Of a stretch of DNA of 47,029 nt, positions 19,271 to 27,210 are shown piece after piece. Made by a program: the position numbers and the translations under genes. The first letter of the stretch is position 1; each line of letters begins with the position of its first letter. Under the pieces are notes generated by a model, which did no database searches, was not told the origin of the DNA, and was given only the letters and a program-made list of their open reading frames with translations. The DNA is from an archaeon (GTDB lineage Archaea; Asgardarchaeota; Heimdallarchaeia; Heimdallarchaeales; Heimdallarchaeaceae). The stretch lies in contig DAOVKB010000002.1 of the NCBI GenBank assembly GCA_030631995.1, positions 1 through 47,029 on the forward strand. Direction: 5' to 3'.

Positions 19271-19648
19271 ATGACAGCTCGACCTTCATCTTTTATAGGA
19301 GGAGCTTTACTCGCAATTGGAATGTTTGGAGTAATAATTACAATTGTACAGCTTACAAATCAATATTGGTGGTTTTTATTCTACATAGCTATTGGAGTAA
19401 TTGGTGGTTTTGGTTTGGGCTCTGTATCTAGAGTCTATAAAACTGAGGAGAAAAATGCATATCTTGTTCTCACAGGATTTATGCTAGCTGCTCTGATACT
19501 TTATACAGTTTACCTAGCAATTTGGCAGAACAGTCATGCAGATTTGAACGTTGGAGTCCTTTCAGGTATCCCTGTAATAATGATAGCAGCAGCTTCAGGT
19601 CTTCTAACATTCATTGGTTGCATGCTGATGTCTGTCAAACCAAGATAA
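19271..19648 (+). CDS. small integral membrane protein (about 4 TM)
   Basis: Four hydrophobic helices, with GGAG upstream of the ATG. Lies downstream of and co-oriented with the ABC ATPase. Confidence 0.5.
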   Translation: MTARPSSFIGGALLAIGMFGVIITIVQLTNQYWWFLFYIAIGVIGGFGLGSVSRVYKTEEKNAYLVLTGFMLAALILYTVYLAIWQNSHADLNVGVLSGIPVIMIAAASGLLTFIGCMLMSVKPR

Positions 19649-19674
19649 ATTTCTCTCTTCCTACACCCAAAATC

Positions 19675-19682
19675 TTTTTTTT
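19675..19682 (+). terminator. T8 tract after the small membrane-protein gene
   Basis: tttttttt lies 27 nt after the stop at 19648. The role is inferred. Confidence 0.25.
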
Positions 19683-19731
19683 ACCTTAGTACATATAGTT
19701 TGTTAATCGAATAATTTATAGAAAGAGAAAG

Positions 19732-20868
19732 ATGTTTATGACAGAACCAAAATTTTTCCATATCGGACAGTTTTTAACTAAAAGGGCTTTCTTATCTACG
19801 TTTTTTGGAGCAGGGTTAATAATTATCACGGAATTCCTTCTTCCTTGGTTAGGAATCCTTCAAATTGAAGTTTTGTGGGATTGGATAACTCCTGTTACAA
19901 TCATGTTTACGATAGCTATAATTCTTGTTTTTTCTGCTTTAGCAAAGAATGTTGCAGCTTCCATTCTATTAGCCACCGCAGCTATTCTTTCATTTTACAG
20001 TCCTGATCCATCTATAGACTATGGATTCGTCTCTGTAATTATCATATATCTCGTAACTGCATTTTTTGCTGGTTTCTTTTCAACAGTAAGAATCACAGGA
20101 AAATCAGCTATATTGACTATAGGTATAGTTATGGGACTTCAAGGATTGATTGGTGCAGGAGCAAGTTTCTTCACTACTTGGGAAGGTGCAGTCTCAAATT
20201 TCCATGATAATTCAATTGGAATCGCTCATGGAGGTGGGATGGGTACTTTTCCACTTTATGACGTCATAGTAGGCGGTTTTTCCTTAATTTACATGATAGT
20301 TTTCATTGTTCTATCTAGAAGAAACGTCACTGTTGAACATTCAAGCAAGAAATTTGAGATAATTGGACAAATACTGATTTTCTTAAGTATTGTTGGAGCA
20401 CTTGTATTCATTGTCTTCTCTCATGAGACATTTACCAGTACAACTGCAGTTTCAGTATTTGGGGAAACAAATACATACTATCTAAACGGATTATTTGCCA
20501 AAATGGTTGATAGTCAATTCATGGCAGTCCAGCTATTGAATGCTTTTTACATCCTTCCAATAGTAGGATTTGTAATAGGAATAGGTATGGCTTTGATTGT
20601 TTATCAGAGAGCTAATGGTACCAGTAATTTTATGAGATTTAATCATCAAGGTACTTTTCTAACACTTAATGTTGCACCATTCTTGATTATATGTGGTTAT
20701 AGCTTTATACTTCAAAATGCAATGGGTTTCGCTTCATATTTCTATATTAGAACATCTACATGGTTTACCATTTTTACTGAATTTACTAACCTACTTCTAA
20801 TTAACATGTTTGTAGCCTATATAATATTCCTAGTAATAACTTTAATACGAAAAATAGCGACCAAATAA
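19732..20868 (+). CDS. polytopic integral membrane protein (about 10 TM), family unknown
   Basis: 378 aa, almost entirely hydrophobic helices, with no large extracytoplasmic loop of FtsX type. Confidence 0.5.
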   Translation: MFMTEPKFFHIGQFLTKRAFLSTFFGAGLIIITEFLLPWLGILQIEVLWDWITPVTIMFTIAIILVFSALAKNVAASILLATAAILSFYSPDPSIDYGFVSVIIIYLVTAFFAGFFSTVRITGKSAILTIGIVMGLQGLIGAGASFFTTWEGAVSNFHDNSIGIAHGGGMGTFPLYDVIVGGFSLIYMIVFIVLSRRNVTVEHSSKKFEIIGQILIFLSIVGALVFIVFSHETFTSTTAVSVFGETNTYYLNGLFAKMVDSQFMAVQLLNAFYILPIVGFVIGIGMALIVYQRANGTSNFMRFNHQGTFLTLNVAPFLIICGYSFILQNAMGFASYFYIRTSTWFTIFTEFTNLLLINMFVAYIIFLVITLIRKIATK

Positions 20869-20890
20869 AAGCTATTTTTTCCCTTTATTT

Positions 20891-22138
20891 TTATGTAACA
20901 ATTATTTCAGATTCATCCTTTAACGGTAATTCTTCATCATTGTGTGTTTGAGTCAACCTGTCTCTCATTTTAGGGTTAAGCCCAAAAAGTAACGATCTTC
21001 CTTCGTTTCCTTTAACAACAACAACATTCTTATCTTTTAATCGTTTCAAGAAGCTTTTTGTGCCCATGTATTTGCTTCGATATTCTGAAGAAGGTAATTC
21101 TCCATAGAGATAAATAGTAATCTCTTTTGCGGTTGCATCTTTGTGAATTAAATACTCACATACTTGTCTTTCTCTATATGGAAAATTATTCAATGCTTGT
21201 TGTATGATGAATTTATCATGATCTTCATACAATCCTTGAATGGGTGTTCTAGAAAACATATTAACTACAGAATCTATATCACTATGATTGACTATACTTG
21301 ATTCTCTCTTTTCAGCGTATGAATAAGCATCTGATAAAATAGAGATAAGTACCCAAGGATTTCCTTTTGATTCTATCCATGATGCTTCTATTGCTCTATC
21401 AGTAAAAATCTCAGTTATCTGTAATGAAGACTTGTTTAACGCATAGCGCATCCTTTTATCGATTAGAACTTTAGCTTCTTCTATTGATAATTCAGGGACG
21501 TGAATAGTATAAGAAAAATGATCAGTTCCTCCTTGTCTGAGCCCATCAGAAACTGTTTGCATTTCACTCAGGTTACTTGATAAAATACAAGAAAAATGAT
21601 TTTTTAGAAGTTTTAGTAATTTTGCAGAATCTCTCGAGATTGAGAAGAGCTGATCTCTTTTGAAATTATCTAAGAGTACTACAACTAGAGAGTTACTCTC
21701 TTCAACATATTTCTTCAGTTCTACAATTATTTGCTCTTTTGAGTGATAGAATTTGTTAAGAATTTGTTCTGCAATCTGTTGCATATATATTGTTAAAGAA
21801 TACTCTTTCATGTCTTCAGAATTAAAGAAAAGAACATGAATGTTTTCAAAATCAGTATATTTCCATAATGCGTTTTTGAATCCTTCATCGAGAAGGCTCA
21901 TAAGATATGATTTTCCTGATTTAATGTCACCCATAATTGAACAAATAGCTTTTCCATTTTTTATTATTTGAACCAATCTTGCGATTTGGTTATTTAGTTT
22001 TTCAGAGGACACATATAATTCTGGAACATAATCCATTGTCCAGGGATCTCGTCTAAATTCTTGATTCTGTATATCGTAGCTACCATCTTTTATATATTGT
22101 GAAATTTTGAATACTCTGTCTAATAGATTATCCGGCAC
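20891..22138 (-). CDS. divergent Orc1/Cdc6-like AAA+ ATPase with C-terminal winged helix
   Basis: Walker A GDIKSGKS and Walker B-like VVVLLDNF. The lid region GNPWVLISILSDAYSYAEKRESSIVNHSDIDSVV resembles the Orc1/Cdc6 GDAR..LDLL..A...A...G...V...HV pattern. C-terminal WH (ATAKEITIYLYG...FLKRLKDKNVVVV). Confidence 0.5.
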   Translation of the reverse strand: MPDNLLDRVFKISQYIKDGSYDIQNQEFRRDPWTMDYVPELYVSSEKLNNQIARLVQIIKNGKAICSIMGDIKSGKSYLMSLLDEGFKNALWKYTDFENIHVLFFNSEDMKEYSLTIYMQQIAEQILNKFYHSKEQIIVELKKYVEESNSLVVVLLDNFKRDQLFSISRDSAKLLKLLKNHFSCILSSNLSEMQTVSDGLRQGGTDHFSYTIHVPELSIEEAKVLIDKRMRYALNKSSLQITEIFTDRAIEASWIESKGNPWVLISILSDAYSYAEKRESSIVNHSDIDSVVNMFSRTPIQGLYEDHDKFIIQQALNNFPYRERQVCEYLIHKDATAKEITIYLYGELPSSEYRSKYMGTKSFLKRLKDKNVVVVKGNEGRSLLFGLNPKMRDRLTQTHNDEELPLKDESEIIVT

Positions 22139-22238
22139 GATATCCCCACCTTTTTTATGTAATTTTTCTATATATACTTTGTCAAGACGGAAATGCGATT
22201 GAAATGTAAAAAGGATTATTAATAGGAATAGGAAGTGT

Positions 22239-23327
22239 TTGCTGACTCTAATGTATTTTTCATCAGCACCAGCTAGAGTGTGTTTATACGGAGAACATCA
22301 GGATTATTTAGGACTAAAAGTAATTCCTGCAGCTATCAACCTAAGACTCAACATTTCATCAACTAAGACAGGTGATAATGAAATAAACATACAAAGTATG
22401 GATGTTGGTAATGTGTTCAGCATTCCAATAGGAATTTCCTCGCTTAGTAGCAACCAGAAGAATTTTCAGAATTATCTTGAATCAGGTTTATTGGCTTTGA
22501 AAAAGAGAATCAGAAACATAGATTTTCCTCCATTATCAGTTAAGATACATAGCGATATCCCTATTGCACGTGGATTATCCAGTTCTGCAGCTCTTCTAGT
22601 TTGTTGGATAAAGCATTTAGATGGGATCCTCAATCTGGAATTAGATAAAAGTGAAATAGCAGAAATAGCTTATGATGCTGAACACAATATTCTAGGAATA
22701 CCTTGTGGAAGAATGGATCAATATTCCTCGTCTTTTGGTTCGATCATTAGTCTCATCTGCACTGAACCACCATCGTTATCTTTTTTGCCTGAACCTGAAT
22801 TAAGCCTAATTGTAATTGATAGTAATACGCCTAAATTAACTAGTGAGGTTCATGGAAAAAAAGTAAGTGAGATTAAGAAAGCGGTTCTTGAATTGGAAAA
22901 AGCTATAGAGCTGAACTTGAAAGATATATCATTAGATCACGTTAGAAGTATTGAACAAAGATTATCCAAACATGACGTTAAGATACTCAAAGGCGTTGTA
23001 TCAATAAAAACAGATACTGATATTGCTGAGAAAGAACTTCAAAAATCTAATCCTGATGTACATATATTAGGAAAACTCCTCACATCTCAGCACAAAAGCT
23101 TGAGAGATAATATTGGTGTATCTTTACCGATTTTAGATAAAATAGTCACTAAAGGATTAAGTAAGGGAGCATTAGGTGGAAAACTTACTGGAGCAGGATT
23201 GGGGGGGAGTGTTGTGCTTCTTTTTGAAGGTAGGAATAATAAAACTAAGTATGAATTGCATAAAGAACTTGGATTACAAGCATGGTCTGTCAATATAGAT
23301 AAAGGGGTAATTTTCGAAGATAGATAA
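22239..23327 (+). CDS. GHMP-family sugar kinase, galactokinase-like
   Basis: APARVCLYGEHQDYLG (GalK signature-like), PIARGLSSSAAL (GHMP motif II), CGRMDQ, TGAGLGGSVV (motif III). The track start is TTG 22239, and an in-frame ATG at 22251 is an alternative. Confidence 0.7.
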   Translation: MLTLMYFSSAPARVCLYGEHQDYLGLKVIPAAINLRLNISSTKTGDNEINIQSMDVGNVFSIPIGISSLSSNQKNFQNYLESGLLALKKRIRNIDFPPLSVKIHSDIPIARGLSSSAALLVCWIKHLDGILNLELDKSEIAEIAYDAEHNILGIPCGRMDQYSSSFGSIISLICTEPPSLSFLPEPELSLIVIDSNTPKLTSEVHGKKVSEIKKAVLELEKAIELNLKDISLDHVRSIEQRLSKHDVKILKGVVSIKTDTDIAEKELQKSNPDVHILGKLLTSQHKSLRDNIGVSLPILDKIVTKGLSKGALGGKLTGAGLGGSVVLLFEGRNNKTKYELHKELGLQAWSVNIDKGVIFEDR

Positions 23328-23350
23328 GCTCTATATTTTTTTCTGTTTTA

Positions 23351-24238
23351 TTATTTGTTAAAATGTATGATTTTTTCAGCAACTCTTATAGCTTCTAATG
23401 TTGGCTTAACATCATGTGTTCTAACTATATGTGCACCATTCATTACTGCTACGATTGTAGCACCTATAGAACCAAAAAGTCTTTCTTTAGGAGGAGCATC
23501 GTTTAGAATTTTCCCTATTGATGTTTTCCTGCTAATTCCTACATAAATTGGTTTTTCAACTGTGCGGAACTCTTCGAGATTCTTAATCAGTGAGTAGTCA
23601 TGATGATAATCTCTTGCTTCCCAACTGCCAATTCCTGGATCAATGATGATGTTATCTTCTTTAATTCCATTGTCAATTCCTTTTGCTATGCTGATTCTTA
23701 ATTCTTCAACAACATCAGGTATTTCGTACACATCTCCTGGCTCATTCTTTGCTGCCATAAGTACAGCACAGCCGCTGTAATCACCAATAATTTTAGCCAT
23801 TGAACTATCTTTCTTGAGACCGGAAATATCATTTATAATGCGAATACCTTTCTTAAGTGCATATTCAGCAACGATACTTCGAGTTGTGTCTATGGAGATC
23901 TCAATATTATCATAACTACTAGTTGTATCCAAAGCAATGACTGATGATTTCTTGATCATATCTAATTCAGTATCAGCATCAACTCTTCCTTCACCACCAT
24001 ATATCTGAACTGGACGTGTTGATTGTGCTCCTATGTCTATGCAATTAACTCCTTCCTCAATCATATGTCGAATCTTTTGAGAAATTTCATCTGATGAAGA
24101 TGCAATTGATTCCTCAAAGAACGAAGCTGAAGAAAGATTGACTACTCCTACAATCCTTATCTGCTTCCCATCCCCCACTTCTAGTTTCCCTAAATTACCC
24201 TTTATCATGTTTATGAACCCCTTTTCTCTTCCAGGCAT
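23351..24238 (-). CDS. folP: dihydropteroate synthase-like pterin-binding protein
   Basis: VGVVNLSSASFF, GVNCIDIGAQSTRP, ISIDT, IINDISG, IIDPGIG, GISRKTSIG, IVRTHDV. An internal ATG at 24208 would start 3 nt after the upstream gene's stop and remove the 28-nt overlap. Confidence 0.75.
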   Translation of the reverse strand: MPGREKGFINMIKGNLGKLEVGDGKQIRIVGVVNLSSASFFEESIASSSDEISQKIRHMIEEGVNCIDIGAQSTRPVQIYGGEGRVDADTELDMIKKSSVIALDTTSSYDNIEISIDTTRSIVAEYALKKGIRIINDISGLKKDSSMAKIIGDYSGCAVLMAAKNEPGDVYEIPDVVEELRISIAKGIDNGIKEDNIIIDPGIGSWEARDYHHDYSLIKNLEEFRTVEKPIYVGISRKTSIGKILNDAPPKERLFGSIGATIVAVMNGAHIVRTHDVKPTLEAIRVAEKIIHFNK

Positions 24239-25011
24239 TTAAGAAGAGGACCAATGAACATACATTGTTCTGCAGTTATCAAAGTATTGAGATCCTCTTC
24301 CTTTGATGCATTGATTCTCAACGTAGAATATCCTCTTATTATAACGAAAGGGATCTGTTCATCTGTTTCTCCCATCACAAGCTCTGCTGCTGTAGCTAAT
24401 TGATCAGCAATTGCTCTGGTTGTTATATGCATTGGCCTACCGAATAGATCCTCTTTACCTCTTACATCCAAAACAGCTTTAAAACCGTATGTTGCTAAAG
24501 CTCCACCTACTGTTCCTAGACGTAAAGGCATTGTTCTAGAATCAGCGACTATAATTCCCACATATTTTCCATATTTCTCACGAATGATTTCATGAAGTTC
24601 TTTTGCTGATTGCTTACAATCTTTTGGAAGTAAAATAGCATGTCTTTTCCCAACGTTGGATTGATCTGCACCCGCATTTGCCAATAATCCATATTCGTTA
24701 AGAGTTGTGATAGCACCAGGAACAGCTCCAATATAATTACCATCTGATTCATTCAGTATAAGCTGAGCAAATTCAGGAGGTATTTTAGCTGCTATTCCAA
24801 GTTTTTCTGCTAGTTCTCCATAATCTACTGAATCATATGAAACAATTCTACTCTCAACAACCGATATTACTTTGCTAGCAATTACTAGAATGTCATCATC
24901 TTTAAGAGAAATTTTTTGATTTTCCAAAGATTGACTAAGTACAGTTAATAAATCATCGTCTTCATCTATAATTTTAACAGACCTGATTGGGATGATCTCT
25001 ACATTGGACAT
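24211..25011 (-). CDS. CofE-like (F420-0:gamma-glutamyl ligase family) protein
   Basis: DDDILVIASKVISVVESR, LLANAGADQSNV, VGIIVADSRTMPLRLG, GKEDLFGRP follow the CofE-fold pattern (DGDI.VI..K.VSK.EGR / AGID.SN / .I.D..GR). Confidence 0.6.
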   Translation of the reverse strand: MSNVEIIPIRSVKIIDEDDDLLTVLSQSLENQKISLKDDDILVIASKVISVVESRIVSYDSVDYGELAEKLGIAAKIPPEFAQLILNESDGNYIGAVPGAITTLNEYGLLANAGADQSNVGKRHAILLPKDCKQSAKELHEIIREKYGKYVGIIVADSRTMPLRLGTVGGALATYGFKAVLDVRGKEDLFGRPMHITTRAIADQLATAAELVMGETDEQIPFVIIRGYSTLRINASKEEDLNTLITAEQCMFIGPLLKCLEEKRGS

Positions 25012-25074
25012 TATATTGTATTGAAAGTAAGTATTTGAAAAATTCTTCTACTCTAGTAAAATTCTTCTCTAGTA

Positions 25075-25917
25075 TCAAGTGAAAAAAGCAATCAAGAACC
25101 AAGAAATTGCTATCATAACAACAGCAATAATGTTGAGAACTGCGTAAAGATTGAATGTTTCTTCATTATATATCTGAGTAACATTGTCACTAATCATGTT
25201 TAGTTTCTTATCAATAGATTCTAAAATCTCCTTACTTTCTCCAACATCCACAAGCTCTTCTCTTGTCTCACTTAATATATCAACAAAACCATGAAGCAGT
25301 TTTTTATCAGTTTCGAGAAGTTTTGGGGAGACAATAGTTTCCAGTTTTTGATGAAGCTTCCTAACTTCTTCCTTTGTAAGTTGGGGAATATCCCATTTGA
25401 TATCAACTTCTACAAGATTAGATAAGTGTTGAGTAAGATCATCGAAATATATACCATAAGGAACTGCTTTGTAATCAAGGTCATCAATTAATCTAAAAAA
25501 TTGGATCTCCAAATCCTTCTGTTGTGAGGTGTTATAGTATTTAGAAGGGTCTACAACAAGGGCAACAGCATGTGAGAACAAGTTTTGGTATATTCTTTGA
25601 GTATTTTTATCAGTTCCTGAGAGAAAACAACCAAACGATGGATGAGTGTGAGCCCACCCAACTATTGTTTCATTTCCATCTCTTTTCTGTAGATTTCCAA
25701 CAATCTGAACAAGAGCTTCATCGTCTATAGCAACAAATGTGGATGTTTGTTTTTGACTTCCTGTGTCAAAATCTGTTATAATTAACGTTTCTCCATCCTT
25801 ATCCAAATATCCCAATAGAACACCTGCTGATTCTTTAGTTGGTTCTATTGAATCAACTGACAATATTTTTGCCAAAACATATGGGGAAATCAAGATTTCT
25901 TTTCTATATTGAGTCAT
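25075..25917 (-). CDS. membrane-anchored JAB1/MPN/Mov34 (JAMM, MPN+) metalloprotease
   Basis: E-x2-G (ESAGVLLG). Complete JAMM motif HTHPSFGCFLSGTD (HxHx7Sx2D) at nt 25609-25650. C-terminal TM LYAVLNIIAVVMIAISWFLIAFF. Confidence 0.8.
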   Translation of the reverse strand: MTQYRKEILISPYVLAKILSVDSIEPTKESAGVLLGYLDKDGETLIITDFDTGSQKQTSTFVAIDDEALVQIVGNLQKRDGNETIVGWAHTHPSFGCFLSGTDKNTQRIYQNLFSHAVALVVDPSKYYNTSQQKDLEIQFFRLIDDLDYKAVPYGIYFDDLTQHLSNLVEVDIKWDIPQLTKEEVRKLHQKLETIVSPKLLETDKKLLHGFVDILSETREELVDVGESKEILESIDKKLNMISDNVTQIYNEETFNLYAVLNIIAVVMIAISWFLIAFFT

Positions 25918-25962
25918 TCTTCAGTCCATTATCTCATTGATTCTTTTAATTTTTTCCCCTTG

Positions 25963-27012
25963 TCAAAGAAAATTGTTCACTTCGTTGCTTATTGGGTGTT
26001 CTGTTAAGAAATTAATCGCTAATTCTTTCAGTAGAAGGACATCAGGATGGTCAACTGGTATATTCAGTGTGCTAGTTTTATCTATGATATCCATCATAGC
26101 CCAAACTGATAGAAAGAAATCAATTGGATAACCCTTTGGATACAGCTGTTCAAGTGGAACGTTATTTATCTCTTTCAGATGAACATTATATCCTTCTATA
26201 AATTGCTTAATGTCAGAGATCGTACTTATCAGAGTTCTTGATGTTCGGTATTCGAGTAAAGCTTGTCTACCAAAGAAAGTACCAATATCCTCAAAACGGT
26301 CGAATGATCCTTGCATCCAGAATGTTGGGTCTATAATAGCAATATTGACGATTTCTCCTTGAGGAGTTGTTCTTATCATTAAATTGCTTTGATGAAAATC
26401 TCCGAATGAATCACTACCACCTTGAGAATTCGACACCATCTCAAGAAGATCTTTGGATTTCTCCATTATTTCTTGCTCGATTTCTTCTCCTCCAAAAATA
26501 GTTAAAATCAATCGTCGATATAATTCTTCATAAATGTCAGTGATGACTGATCTTGGCTTTCCTTCATGAATTATGGATAAAACATATCCTGCCCAGAAAC
26601 TTTTATCAAGAACGCTATCAGCATCCTCATAATTTACTCCAGTTATGCCTTCATATGCTATAAATGTAGGTTGTTTCAGATTCACATAGATGTATCTAGG
26701 TACCTGAACAAATGATCGAGTTGAGAACTTTTTTTCAAGAAATGATGAATTTTTTATCTCAGTTACAACATCAGTTGAGCTTTCAATAAATTTTATCGCA
26801 AGCTTACTTTTGTGCTTTCCCACTACAGATGTATAAAAAACGTCTACTACATATACATCTCCAAATCTCCCACTAGCTTTGTAATATTCAATATCGTCAA
26901 TTTTAACTTCTGTAATTTCGCTTCCCTTTTCTTTGCGTGCTTCATCTACTAGATAATAAGAGAATGAACTAACTAGTTGGATTAACAGTGGCTTCACAGA
27001 AGAGTTCATCAA
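25963..27012 (-). CDS. eukaryotic-like protein kinase-fold protein (atypical)
   Basis: Gly-loop-like ASGRFGDVYVV, VAIK-like LAIKFIE, catalytic-loop-like GDFHQSNLM (D-x4-N), and IAIIDPTF in place of DFG. Confidence 0.55.
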   Translation of the reverse strand: MMNSSVKPLLIQLVSSFSYYLVDEARKEKGSEITEVKIDDIEYYKASGRFGDVYVVDVFYTSVVGKHKSKLAIKFIESSTDVVTEIKNSSFLEKKFSTRSFVQVPRYIYVNLKQPTFIAYEGITGVNYEDADSVLDKSFWAGYVLSIIHEGKPRSVITDIYEELYRRLILTIFGGEEIEQEIMEKSKDLLEMVSNSQGGSDSFGDFHQSNLMIRTTPQGEIVNIAIIDPTFWMQGSFDRFEDIGTFFGRQALLEYRTSRTLISTISDIKQFIEGYNVHLKEINNVPLEQLYPKGYPIDFFLSVWAMMDIIDKTSTLNIPVDHPDVLLLKELAINFLTEHPISNEVNNFL

Positions 27013-27210
27013 ATTATAATTATTTGTTAGATTATTAAAGTTTAGTTTATTATTAGCAGAAGTTAAATAAACAATAATAATAGAACTTGTAGATGATTTT
27101 TCATTAACAATGATTCATTAATAGTTTTCACTTAGAGTTTAAAAAAATTTAATAACATATGAGTTGTATTGTGAGTAGAGATTCCTTAATTTCAATAGTG
27201 TGGTTACCTC

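Noticed and set aside
22139-22238. Possible replication origin next to the Orc1/Cdc6-like gene
   Set aside because: The intergenic region is only 100 nt. I could find no repeated ORB/mini-ORB-like boxes and no extended AT-rich unwinding element beyond the general AT-richness.
27013-27210. Short direct repeat ttcattaa..(6 nt)..ttcattaa in the divergent intergenic region between the kinase/JAMM operon and the acidic-protein gene
   Set aside because: An 8-nt repeat in very AT-rich DNA is expected by chance. It might be a regulator site, but the sequence alone gives no support.
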